From the sequence record MN850609.1: DNA of 64,000 nt. One strand, written 5' to 3'. Below, one piece after another: positions 39,440-47,379 of the stretch. Position 1 is the stretch's first letter, and every line of letters begins with the position of its first letter. Source of the DNA: Escherichia phage dhaeg. The position numbers and the translations under genes were made by a program. The notes under the pieces are model-generated. The model was not told the origin of the DNA. It saw only the letters and a list, made by a program, of their open reading frames with translations, and searched no databases.

Positions 39440-39476
39440 AGACCTATCAAAACAAATGAGTGAATTGGAGAATAAA

Positions 39477-39707
39477 ATGAAAGCCATCATGAGTGTTTTA
39501 GCCCTGAGCTTGGTTGCTTTAGCTGCAGTTCCTTTTATTGTTGATGTTGGAGACGAAACACAAGTTGAATCCTCAATCGTTGTCAGTAAAGATGGTACAT
39601 CGGTTAAGATCGGTAATAATCTCCATATGAATCCTAATGGTACTTTAGGTGTTCAGCTCGGTAACACATGTGTAAGCACAACTGGTAAAGTTAATACTTG
39701 CTTCTGA
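39477..39707 (+). CDS. small secreted/periplasmic protein (signal peptide)
   Basis: 76 aa; MKAIMSVLALSLVALAAVPF hydrophobic N-terminus. Confidence 0.6.
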   Translation: MKAIMSVLALSLVALAAVPFIVDVGDETQVESSIVVSKDGTSVKIGNNLHMNPNGTLGVQLGNTCVSTTGKVNTCF

Positions 39708-39717
39708 GGAAAATATT

Positions 39718-40404
39718 ATGAACAGCCCAAAAACTTTTAATTCTCAAGCTCGTGCAGTAGGCGGTTTCGCTGGTAAAATTTCTAACGATAAAATCAAAAA
39801 CGAAACTATGTTCTTCAACAGCTCATTGGCTTTCGCTTTTGATAATGGTGGCCCTATTACTCGTAGCTTTATAATGAGTCTGCCGGATGATTGGAACACC
39901 GACCAGGTTGTATTTGATTCTCGGGTTCATATGCTGATGCCTGGTTGGTATCCTGCTATCCCAGGTTATCACCATGATGATGTACCACGCCCGGATATTC
40001 CGGTTGGTCAACACTTTATTACTGCAGGGCAACCTGATTATGATAACCCTCGATACCATTCTGAACATATTCTTGGTCTTGTTAACGCTGATGTGTGTCC
40101 TACTTATTTTGCAACCGGAACTGCACAATTTAGCCAGATTCCTGATGGCGAACTTATCTATCGCCAGTGGCATAAAGAAGTTCTGGAAAAAATTGAGTCT
40201 AATGAATTAACCAAGTGGGATGCTCCTGACCGTACATTGCTCCAGTTTGATTGGCAGACATGGCATACAGGTTCCCGTGCAGTAAGTAACGGATGGCGCT
40301 GGTTTGGTCGTGTGTCTCGTAATACCGACCGTGTTAAAAAGATTACAAATGAAATCCGCGTTAATGCTCAAGTATATCTGGAATTCCCTATGGAGGGCTG
40401 GTAA
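39718..40404 (+). CDS. hypothetical protein, possible double-stranded beta-helix (2OG-Fe(II) oxygenase-like) fold
   Basis: 228 aa; candidate H-x-D (GYHHDD) ... H (WHTG) ... R-x-S (GRVS) spacing; weak, motif-level only. Confidence 0.55.
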   Translation: MNSPKTFNSQARAVGGFAGKISNDKIKNETMFFNSSLAFAFDNGGPITRSFIMSLPDDWNTDQVVFDSRVHMLMPGWYPAIPGYHHDDVPRPDIPVGQHFITAGQPDYDNPRYHSEHILGLVNADVCPTYFATGTAQFSQIPDGELIYRQWHKEVLEKIESNELTKWDAPDRTLLQFDWQTWHTGSRAVSNGWRWFGRVSRNTDRVKKITNEIRVNAQVYLEFPMEGW

Positions 40405-40991
40405 TGGCCCTTTATGAACCTGGTTGCATGGGTGTTGATGTAAACTTCATCCGTCGGTCTGAAAATGCCGGAATCATTATCCCAAATGGTGAGAATATGA
40501 TTATTAAAAAGTCCTGGCGAAATATTGATGATGCTGATGAAGGAATTTCAGCCAGTACAGTAGATTGGTCAGGATGTACTGCTGAAATGAAACAACTTTT
40601 AATTGAGGAATATAAAATGGGCTATATCGTAAATGGTTGGCAACCGGAACCCCATAAAGAACAGACGCCAGACCCATTGATTTGTTATAGCAAAAAATAC
40701 GGCTTCCGTACATGGAGTGATGAATACGACAAATTGGTGAGTTCTAGGTTCTATGTTTGGATGGGGATATTATTTTTCCCACTCCTAGGGTTTTTCCTGA
40801 CAACGGATAATGACCTGCCTATTACGCTATTTGCTTCAGCGATGTCTGCGGCTATCTTAGGACTTATCGCATCATTTTTATGGACTGCAGTTATTGAAGT
40901 ACCTTTTCGTATTTCTAAAGTTAAAAAGGTATATGACGATATCACTAAGAAAAATACATTAAACTCTTTTATTGAGGAATGCCGTAAATGA
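40404..40991 (+). CDS. protein with soluble N-domain and C-terminal 2-TM module ending ...LNSFIEECRK
   Basis: 195 aa; helices FYVWMGILFFPLLGFFL and ASAMSAAILGLIASFLWTAVI; tail similar to those of 35152 and 35498. Confidence 0.6.
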   Translation: MALYEPGCMGVDVNFIRRSENAGIIIPNGENMIIKKSWRNIDDADEGISASTVDWSGCTAEMKQLLIEEYKMGYIVNGWQPEPHKEQTPDPLICYSKKYGFRTWSDEYDKLVSSRFYVWMGILFFPLLGFFLTTDNDLPITLFASAMSAAILGLIASFLWTAVIEVPFRISKVKKVYDDITKKNTLNSFIEECRK

Positions 40992-41224
40992 GTATTGCGA
41001 TTTATATTAAATCTGAGTCATGCGATTCTTATCTGTATTCCTATGACACTGGAACATCAGAAGAGAAAATCAAAGAAGATTTAGAAAGCGACTTGGATAT
41101 GTTCCGACCTATTTCTGATTATATGGTCCAAATATCTGATAGTGAAAGTCCGTCATTAGAAAATAGACTTGAAATTTTAATGAGCGACATTTTTAACCAA
41201 TCATGGAAACGAGACGATGAGTAA
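40988..41224 (+). CDS. small acidic protein
   Basis: 78 aa, ATGA-coupled. Confidence 0.55.
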   Translation: MSIAIYIKSESCDSYLYSYDTGTSEEKIKEDLESDLDMFRPISDYMVQISDSESPSLENRLEILMSDIFNQSWKRDDE

Positions 41225-41666
41225 AAAAGTTAAAGAACTATCCGCCGGTATTTTGTTTATGACCGCCGATAAAGAATTGGTTATGGGTCGTGTAACAGGT
41301 TCTCGTAATCCAGAGAATATGCGTCATAAATGGGACATCCCTAAAGGTCATGTCGAACCGGGTGAAGAGCCTATTCAAGCAGCAATGCGTGAAACTGAAG
41401 AAGAGATTGGATTCACTGCATACGATCCTGCGTTCCTGAAAGACCTAGGTGAGTTCAAATATTCTAGCAATAAGAATCTACACCTGTTCTTATATACTGT
41501 GCCTGTCGAACACGAGCAGTTCAAGAATTGCAAATGTACAGCTTACCACACGTTCCCTGATGGTCGTACGATTCCTGAATTTGATGCCTTCGCCTTGATT
41601 AAACGCCCGCAATGGGAATACGTCATGGGCCCGTCGATGTTTAAGGTTTTAGATTCGCTCTTTTGA
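41217..41666 (+). CDS. nudE: Nudix hydrolase NudE (e.1)
   Basis: 149 aa; Nudix box GHVEPGEEPIQAAMRETEEEIGF; immediately upstream of e as in T4. Confidence 0.9.
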   Translation: MSKKVKELSAGILFMTADKELVMGRVTGSRNPENMRHKWDIPKGHVEPGEEPIQAAMRETEEEIGFTAYDPAFLKDLGEFKYSSNKNLHLFLYTVPVEHEQFKNCKCTAYHTFPDGRTIPEFDAFALIKRPQWEYVMGPSMFKVLDSLF

Positions 41667-41696
41667 TATAAATACCTCCTATAATCAGGAGGTATT
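41667..41696 (+). promoter_or_regulatory. late promoter TATAAATA plus SD-sequestering hairpin of gene e
   Basis: TATAAATA 41667-41674; perfect 10-bp stem AATACCTCCT (41671-41680) / AGGAGGTATT (41687-41696) ending at the ATG. Confidence 0.8.
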
Positions 41697-42185
41697 ATGG
41701 ATATTTTTGATATGTTACGTCAAGACGAAGGTCTTGATTTAAATCTTTATAAAGACACCGAAGGTTATTGGACTATTGGTATAGGCCAATTGATTACTAA
41801 GAACCCATCTAAAGATGTTGCTCGCGCTGAACTTGATAAGCTTATGGGTCGAGTTTGTAATGGTCGTATTACTATGGCTGAAGCCGAACAACTCTTTAAT
41901 CGTTCAGTAGAAAATGCCCGTAGAGCTATAACGCGCAATCCTAAATTGAAACCGGTTTATGATGTGCTAGACGAAGTTCGTCGTTGCGCATTGATTAATA
42001 TGGTCTTCCAAATGGGTGAAGCTGGTGTAGCGGGATTTACCAACTCTCTGCGTATGCTCCAACAAAAACGTTGGGATGACGCCGCAGTTAACCTGGCGCA
42101 GTCTCGTTGGTACAAGCAAACCCCTAATCGTGCCAAGCGTGTTATCGCCACCTTTAAAACAGGTACTTGGGCCGCTTATAGATAA
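41697..42185 (+). CDS. e: endolysin (T4 lysozyme)
   Basis: 162 aa; [28 protein letters not shown]...[52 protein letters not shown]. Confidence 0.97.
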   Translation: MDIFDMLRQDEGLDLNLYKDTEGYWTIGIGQLITKNPSKDVARAELDKLMGRVCNGRITMAEAEQLFNRSVENARRAITRNPKLKPVYDVLDEVRRCALINMVFQMGEAGVAGFTNSLRMLQQKRWDDAAVNLAQSRWYKQTPNRAKRVIATFKTGTWAAYR

Positions 42186-42190
42186 AAGCA

Positions 42191-42219
42191 GTTTACATCT
42201 CCGGTAGGCATGATACTAT
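42191..42219 (+). promoter_or_regulatory. T4-type early promoter cassette (denV)
   Basis: GTTTAC-17-TACTAT; part of the 63-bp repeat 42185-42247. Confidence 0.75.
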
Positions 42220-42245
42220 AGACCTATCAACTACAGGAGATTAAA

Positions 42246-42662
42246 ATGACTCGTATCAACCTTACCTTAGTATCTGAATTGGCTGACCAACACTTAATGG
42301 CTGAATATCGTGAATTGCCACGTGTTTTCGGTGCAGTTCGAAAGCATGTTGCTAACGGTAAACGTGTTCGTGATTTTAAAATCAGCCCTACTTTTATCCT
42401 TGGTACAGGCCATGTCACATTCTTTTATGATAAGCTTGAATTTTTACGTAAGCGTCAAATCGAGCTTATAGCCGAATGTTTAAAACGTGGCTTTAATATC
42501 AAGGATACTACGGTCCAGGACATTAGTGATATTCCTCAGGAATTCCGTGGTGATTATGTTCTTCACGAAGCTTCTATCGCTATTTCACAAGCCCGTTTGG
42601 ATGAAAAAATTGCACAACGTCCTACCTGGTACAAACATTATGGTAAGGCGATTTATGCATAA
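42246..42662 (+). CDS. denV: endonuclease V (pyrimidine-dimer DNA glycosylase)
   Basis: 138 aa; [33 protein letters not shown] matches recalled T4 DenV (138 aa). Confidence 0.96.
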   Translation: MTRINLTLVSELADQHLMAEYRELPRVFGAVRKHVANGKRVRDFKISPTFILGTGHVTFFYDKLEFLRKRQIELIAECLKRGFNIKDTTVQDISDIPQEFRGDYVLHEASIAISQARLDEKIAQRPTWYKHYGKAIYA

Positions 42663-42800
42663 GGGAGCAACCTGGACCTCACAATTCTGTGAGGGACTCC
42701 CGCCAACCTGTAATAAGGTCGAGCCCAAGTGCGGTAATGGGTAAATGCAGAAAGGGACGAATTAATGTGCCAAGGAACGGCCCACAACTAAGAGACAACT

Positions 42801-43328
42801 ATGAAATTTTTAACCCCCATTTATCTAACCTTAATGCACGCCTTCGCTGAACGCGCCATTGAACGTTTAGACTCAGACCAATATACCTGGTATGAACCTA
42901 CTTCAAGAATGCAAGAGTTTGGTACTCTTCGACTTGACGGTGGGCGTCAAACAGGTAAAACAAGTGCCATTGCCCAGTTCGCAGCTGATTGGGTTTCCAA
43001 GGGTAATGATGTGATTGTTATGTCAAGTTCTTCGCACCGGTCACGCGAAATTTGTAATGTAATAAAAAGGGTTTCTAAGGCCCAACCACACCTTCAAGTA
43101 GAAGGTCCTGGGTTTGTTGTATATGATACCGTACGTTCATTTTTAGACGAAGATAACTTCCATAAGTATCGTGGTCTATCAGTTACTCGATTATTGATTA
43201 TTATCGAAGAGCCAATGCGCCTTCCAGCGATGGATAAGTTCTATGAAGCTTACCAGGTAATGATGAATAAATTTATGTGCCAGGGTTCTAAACCTCTGCC
43301 GCTGTTCTTTGTGATAGGAATGCAATGA
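42801..43328 (+). CDS. hypothetical small P-loop-like protein
   Basis: 175 aa; GGRQTGKTS (Walker-A-like) and LLIIIEEP (Walker-B-like). Confidence 0.55.
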   Translation: MKFLTPIYLTLMHAFAERAIERLDSDQYTWYEPTSRMQEFGTLRLDGGRQTGKTSAIAQFAADWVSKGNDVIVMSSSSHRSREICNVIKRVSKAQPHLQVEGPGFVVYDTVRSFLDEDNFHKYRGLSVTRLLIIIEEPMRLPAMDKFYEAYQVMMNKFMCQGSKPLPLFFVIGMQ

Positions 43329-43621
43329 TGACTGATGAAGAGCTTTTTGAGTTCTGTTATTTCTCACGTAAGGTTCGAAGAGAGGACCTTACTACAAATT
43401 TCGAATATGCTTATTTCTATCCATTAGAATATGTATTCATGTCAGGGCCCTTTAAGGGCTCTCGTTTTAGATGTCATGCCCCAAGCATCCGATTAATGAA
43501 ACAGGTTCCTTACTTCACTCTCGAGTTCATCTCTGGGCCGTGTAAGGGTATTATTACTCGCAGTCTCTTGACGTATGACCAAGAGATTCATATGATTTCT
43601 GACTGGAAAAAATATGTCTAA
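43325..43621 (+). CDS. hypothetical protein
   Basis: 98 aa, ATGA-coupled. Confidence 0.55.
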   Translation: MMTDEELFEFCYFSRKVRREDLTTNFEYAYFYPLEYVFMSGPFKGSRFRCHAPSIRLMKQVPYFTLEFISGPCKGIITRSLLTYDQEIHMISDWKKYV

Positions 43622-43832
43622 ATTGACAATTGAAGGCTCTGATGAAGCTCTGAAGAGATTTGTTGAATGGTTTAATGGGCCGGGTGAACAAGACTTTCTG
43701 GAAGTCTGGGACGGCGGCCAATGGAATGGTAAAGAAATTGTTTACCCAACTACTTATATCTCCGTGCAAGGTTGGACTGAAGGCCTTCGTTTGGTGGAAT
43801 ATGATATCGCAACTGGCGAGGAAGTGAAATGA
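43614..43832 (+). CDS. hypothetical protein
   Basis: 72 aa, overlapping starts/stops. Confidence 0.55.
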   Translation: MSKLTIEGSDEALKRFVEWFNGPGEQDFLEVWDGGQWNGKEIVYPTTYISVQGWTEGLRLVEYDIATGEEVK

Positions 43833-44107
43833 TTGAAGACATCAAAGGTTACAAGCCACATACCGACGATAAAATAGGTAAAGTGAATGCCATTAAAGAT
43901 GCTGAAGTTCGATTGGGCTTAATCTTTAAAGCATTAGAAGAAGAATATGTTGAAGCCTTTACATGCTCCGGTGTTGATAAAATGAGTGATGAAGAATTCG
44001 ACCTTACTCATGAACGCCTCGCCCAGATTCGTACGGCAATCGAACGCTTGAAAGAAGCATCCATGTGGGCCTGTCGTTCCGTTTTCCAACCGGAAGAGAA
44101 ATACTAA
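43829..44107 (+). CDS. candidate Acb2 (T4 Vs.4-like cyclic-oligonucleotide sponge)
   Basis: 92 aa, located two ORFs upstream of regB, where vs.4 lies in T4. Tyr8 and Lys23 are 15 residues apart, like the ligand-binding Y11/K26 I recall for Acb2. From recall only. Confidence 0.45.
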   Translation: MIEDIKGYKPHTDDKIGKVNAIKDAEVRLGLIFKALEEEYVEAFTCSGVDKMSDEEFDLTHERLAQIRTAIERLKEASMWACRSVFQPEEKY

Positions 44108-44316
44108 TGAAAATCGAAAGTTTGCAAGAATTCCAACGTATCATCAGTGAAGCCTGTACTGGCTACCACAAATACTTGCTTGACGACCAAATGGCTTGTA
44201 TTGAAGAAGGTGAATTGCAGTACGCAGCCCAGCGCCTTGAACAGGTGAAAGAGTTTTATCCGGTGCTGGTAGAAATTTGTTCTGCTGTCGGAAAACTTAC
44301 CCCATTCCAAGAATAA
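44107..44316 (+). CDS. hypothetical protein
   Basis: 69 aa from the TAATG junction. Confidence 0.5.
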   Translation: MKIESLQEFQRIISEACTGYHKYLLDDQMACIEEGELQYAAQRLEQVKEFYPVLVEICSAVGKLTPFQE

Positions 44317-44320
44317 AGCA

Positions 44321-44349
44321 GTTTACATCTCCTGTAGACGTGGTACTAT
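44321..44349 (+). promoter_or_regulatory. T4-type early promoter cassette (regB)
   Basis: GTTTAC-17-TACTAT. Spacer ATCTCCTGTAG (44327-44337) is perfectly complementary to CTACAGGAGAT (44361-44371), which contains the regB SD. Confidence 0.75.
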
Positions 44350-44377
44350 AGACCTATCAACTACAGGAGATTACAAA

Positions 44378-44836
44378 ATGTCAGAAATTAATTCAGAAGT
44401 ATTCATCCGCCGCAACAAATTACGTCGTCAGTTCGAAACCGAATTTCGTGAACTTAACGCGTCCATCAAAAAAGCCGCCATTAAGAGCGGTGTCCCAGCT
44501 TTCTTTATTAAGTACTCTAATCACTTGTTGGACCGTGCTATCCAACGTGAAATTGACGAAAAATATGTTTTCTCTTTGTTCAAGAAGCTCCATAATCATG
44601 TTAAAGAAATCCATGAATTTTTAATCCAGGAGCCTCTTCCTGACATAGAATCTGAAATTGTCCCAGGTAAAGTGTATCGTCCACTGCGTCTCGAGATTAC
44701 CGATAAAACCTTATGGTTGGGTATGACCGTAGATCGTAAACATCCTGATAAAGGATATTCATTAAAATGTCGTATGGCATTTGTTAATTCTAAACGTTTA
44801 GAAGGTAAAACCAGCACGAAAGTAATCTATCTTTAA
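44378..44836 (+). CDS. regB: RegB site-specific endoribonuclease
   Basis: 152 aa; ...EVFIRRNKLRR.FE.EFR...HLLDRAIQREIDE.YVF.LF... matches recalled T4 RegB (153 aa). Confidence 0.93.
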   Translation: MSEINSEVFIRRNKLRRQFETEFRELNASIKKAAIKSGVPAFFIKYSNHLLDRAIQREIDEKYVFSLFKKLHNHVKEIHEFLIQEPLPDIESEIVPGKVYRPLRLEITDKTLWLGMTVDRKHPDKGYSLKCRMAFVNSKRLEGKTSTKVIYL

Positions 44837-44848
44837 TAATGAGGTCTC

Positions 44849-45388
44849 ATGAAAAAAGTATTAGCCACTTTACTATTGACAGTTAGTATGTCTGCCTATA
44901 GCGTAGAGCCTACTTTCAGTAATGAACAACTCGATAATTTACATTATGCGTATGCTTTCGGTGAACAATACCAAAAGTCGGGAAAGTTCAAAGAAAACCC
45001 TAATCAAAAAGGATTAGGATATATAATGGCCGGATTATTATGGCAGGAATCATCTGCTGGAATTAATCAAGGTTTAAATAAAGATAAGCACCATGCTTAT
45101 GGCATGTTCCAAAATTACTTGCCTACGTTAAGAAGTCGTGTTCAACAGGTAGGTTGGAAGATGTCAGACAAAGAAATAATTCGCATGGTCCAAAAACGAC
45201 AGAACAGTGCCTCTTGGGCCTACATTGAGCTGTCTTATTGGATTGATGTTCACAAAGGTGACCTGAGAAAAGCGATTGCTTCTTATAATGCGGGCTGGAA
45301 TGTCAAAGCAGGCAGTAAATATGCTTCCGAAGTTCTAGAAAAGGCCAATTACCTAAAATCTAAAAAGATGTTTGAGGCGGTATATTAA
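44849..45388 (+). CDS. vs.1: secreted lytic transglycosylase (SLT family), Vs.1 position
   Basis: 179 aa; signal peptide; SLT motifs LWQESSAG, YGMFQ, SYNAG. Confidence 0.8.
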   Translation: MKKVLATLLLTVSMSAYSVEPTFSNEQLDNLHYAYAFGEQYQKSGKFKENPNQKGLGYIMAGLLWQESSAGINQGLNKDKHHAYGMFQNYLPTLRSRVQQVGWKMSDKEIIRMVQKRQNSASWAYIELSYWIDVHKGDLRKAIASYNAGWNVKAGSKYASEVLEKANYLKSKKMFEAVY

Positions 45389-45745
45389 ATGATTAAACAG
45401 ATGACTATAGCGCTTATGTTGATTGCTCCGGGAGTATTAGCATCACAGGTTGATGATACAAATAATTCAATTGTCGAGTATGCCACCCGTACAGCAAAAG
45501 ATTATTGTCATCCGAGTAATACTGAATGTGTTATTGAATTCAGTTCAAAAATAACAGCTGCTTTTAAAGATGGACAGAACGACGTCGAGCATCGCCGAAT
45601 GAAAGAGAAAACTCTTTCTAAAAGATACGAGCAACGTCTAAACGTTACTGAATGTGTTCCGTCTGATAAAAAGTACAAAGAAATGTGCGCGTCTATGGTA
45701 GACAGACTCGTTGACTCTTACAACCGAGGGCTAAACTCTAAATGA
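45389..45745 (+). CDS. signal-peptide protein at the position of T4 vs
   Basis: 118 aa; MIKQMTIALMLIAPGVLAS; positional inference only. Confidence 0.5.
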   Translation: MIKQMTIALMLIAPGVLASQVDDTNNSIVEYATRTAKDYCHPSNTECVIEFSSKITAAFKDGQNDVEHRRMKEKTLSKRYEQRLNVTECVPSDKKYKEMCASMVDRLVDSYNRGLNSK

Positions 45746-46221
45746 TTATTGATTATATTAAGGGCGATATCGTCGCCCTGTTTCTTCAAGGTAATATTAT
45801 TGCACACGGGTGCAACTGTTTTCATACTATGGGTTCAGGTGTGGCTGGTCAATTAGCAAAGGCCTATCCTAAAATATTAGAAATTGATAAGACCACTACT
45901 GAATATGGTTCTCGTGATAAATTGGGTGATATGTCTATTGTTTTTAAACATAAGCCTAATGGATTTGCAATGTGCTATAATTTATACACCCAATACGAAC
46001 CAGGCCCTAATCTTGATTACGGTGCTTTAGTAAACTGTATGATAGAATTAAATCTACAAGCAAATGACCTTTTGTTTAAACCAAGAATTTATATTCCTCG
46101 CATTGGTTGTGGTATTGCTGGTGGTGATTGGGACAAGGTTTCTAAATTAATCGACATGTTTACTCCTGATATTGATTTAATAGTGGTGGATTATGAAAGC
46201 ACATTACCCACATCCGTTTGA
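45742..46221 (+). CDS. macrodomain protein (TARG1/DarG-like ADP-ribose hydrolase fold), tk.4 position
   Basis: 159 aa; GDI...IAHGCNCFHTMGSGVAGQLAKAYP and IPRIGCGIAGGDW match macrodomain signature blocks. Confidence 0.65.
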   Translation: MIIDYIKGDIVALFLQGNIIAHGCNCFHTMGSGVAGQLAKAYPKILEIDKTTTEYGSRDKLGDMSIVFKHKPNGFAMCYNLYTQYEPGPNLDYGALVNCMIELNLQANDLLFKPRIYIPRIGCGIAGGDWDKVSKLIDMFTPDIDLIVVDYESTLPTSV

Positions 46222-46405
46222 CCCTAAAAATAAAGCTGAAATTATTCGGCGCTGGACTGAAACTCGAGTAACCAAATGCCCTATAAAAAGTCAGCATAAC
46301 ACCGATAAATGGTATATTGGTGAATATGTTGAATATACTTTTATAGATAAAAATAAACGTAAACAGCATGTAGAAGAATATTGCTTAAAGGTACAATGGT
46401 TATGA
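46193..46405 (+). CDS. hypothetical protein
   Basis: 70 aa, 29-nt overlap with the upstream gene. Confidence 0.45.
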   Translation: MKAHYPHPFDPKNKAEIIRRWTETRVTKCPIKSQHNTDKWYIGEYVEYTFIDKNKRKQHVEEYCLKVQWL

Positions 46406-46608
46406 GCCAAGCCCGAATTCTTAAAACAGCCAAATGTGAAAAATGCGAATGGCCGGTAATCGCAGCTTTATGCAACGATGAAATGAATTGCGAATATGAT
46501 TACTGGTGGTACTGTTCTAATAAAGGATGTTCTAATCATAAAGGTGAAGGTTTTCATTCTGGTTATTGCGAACATCCTAAATTTGTGCGATATGGTGAAC
46601 CTAAATGA
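46402..46608 (+). CDS. small Cys-rich (putative Zn-binding) protein
   Basis: 68 aa from the ATGA junction; CEKCEW...CNDEMNC...CSNKGCSNH...C. Confidence 0.55.
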   Translation: MSQARILKTAKCEKCEWPVIAALCNDEMNCEYDYWWYCSNKGCSNHKGEGFHSGYCEHPKFVRYGEPK

Positions 46609-46790
46609 GTTTGAGTAAAGAACAGAAAGACAAATTGTTTGAGCTTATCCATGAGCTTTTGGATGAACATGCCGAAGCAAACGCTTTTTACGATGAATAT
46701 GGCCCGATAGATGCCGACCATCAGGAAGAATTTGCTAATCGATTTGATGAGAAAGAAAACGAATTAATTGCTTATGTGAATAGTCTTTAA
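46605..46790 (+). CDS. small acidic protein
   Basis: 61 aa, ATGA-coupled. Confidence 0.55.
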   Translation: MSLSKEQKDKLFELIHELLDEHAEANAFYDEYGPIDADHQEEFANRFDEKENELIAYVNSL

Positions 46791-46799
46791 GAAGGTAAT

Positions 46800-47372
46800 A
46801 TGGCTCAACTTTATTTTCACTATGCGGCAATGAACTCAGGTAAGACAGCTTCATTGCTAACGGCGGCTCATAACTACAAAGAACGTGGTATGGGCGTGCT
46901 CCTTTTAAAGCCTGCGATAGACAATAGAGAATCAAGCCATACCATTTCGTCTCGTATAGGGATTAGTCAAGAGGCTAATGCAGTGACTCCGGATATGGAC
47001 CTATACGAGTTCTATCGTTGGGCTGAATCTCAAAAAGATATCCACTGTGTGTTTGTGGATGAAGCACAGTTCTTAGAACCTGCACAGATAAAACAACTGG
47101 CAAAGATAGTAGACAATTATAATGTTCCAGTTATGTGTTATGGACTAAGAACTGATTTTCAGGGTAAACTGTTTCCTGGTTCTGCCGAATTACTCGCTAC
47201 GGCAGATAAACTCGTTGAGTACAAAGGTGTGTGCCATTGTGGCCGTAAAGCTACTATGACTGCTAGGGTCCAAGATGGTATCGCAATTAAGGACGGAGCC
47301 CAAGTTTCTATAGGTGGCAACGATTCTTACGTGTCATTGTGCAGGAAGCACTGGATAGAAATAACGAGTTGA
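46800..47372 (+). CDS. tk: thymidine kinase
   Basis: 190 aa; ...YAAMN.GK.ASLL.AAHNYKERGM.VL.LKPAIDNR...HCVFVDEAQF...VCHCG.KA.MTAR...SLCRKHW. Confidence 0.96.
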   Translation: MAQLYFHYAAMNSGKTASLLTAAHNYKERGMGVLLLKPAIDNRESSHTISSRIGISQEANAVTPDMDLYEFYRWAESQKDIHCVFVDEAQFLEPAQIKQLAKIVDNYNVPVMCYGLRTDFQGKLFPGSAELLATADKLVEYKGVCHCGRKATMTARVQDGIAIKDGAQVSIGGNDSYVSLCRKHWIEITS

Positions 47373-47379
47373 GGGTACT

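Noticed and set aside
42737-42850. 37-aa basic ORF (MGKCRKGRINVPRNG...) inside the GC-rich spacer, overlapping the start of the next gene.
   Set aside because: It has no SD, it overlaps the better-supported ORF at 42801 out of frame, and the region looks structural rather than coding.
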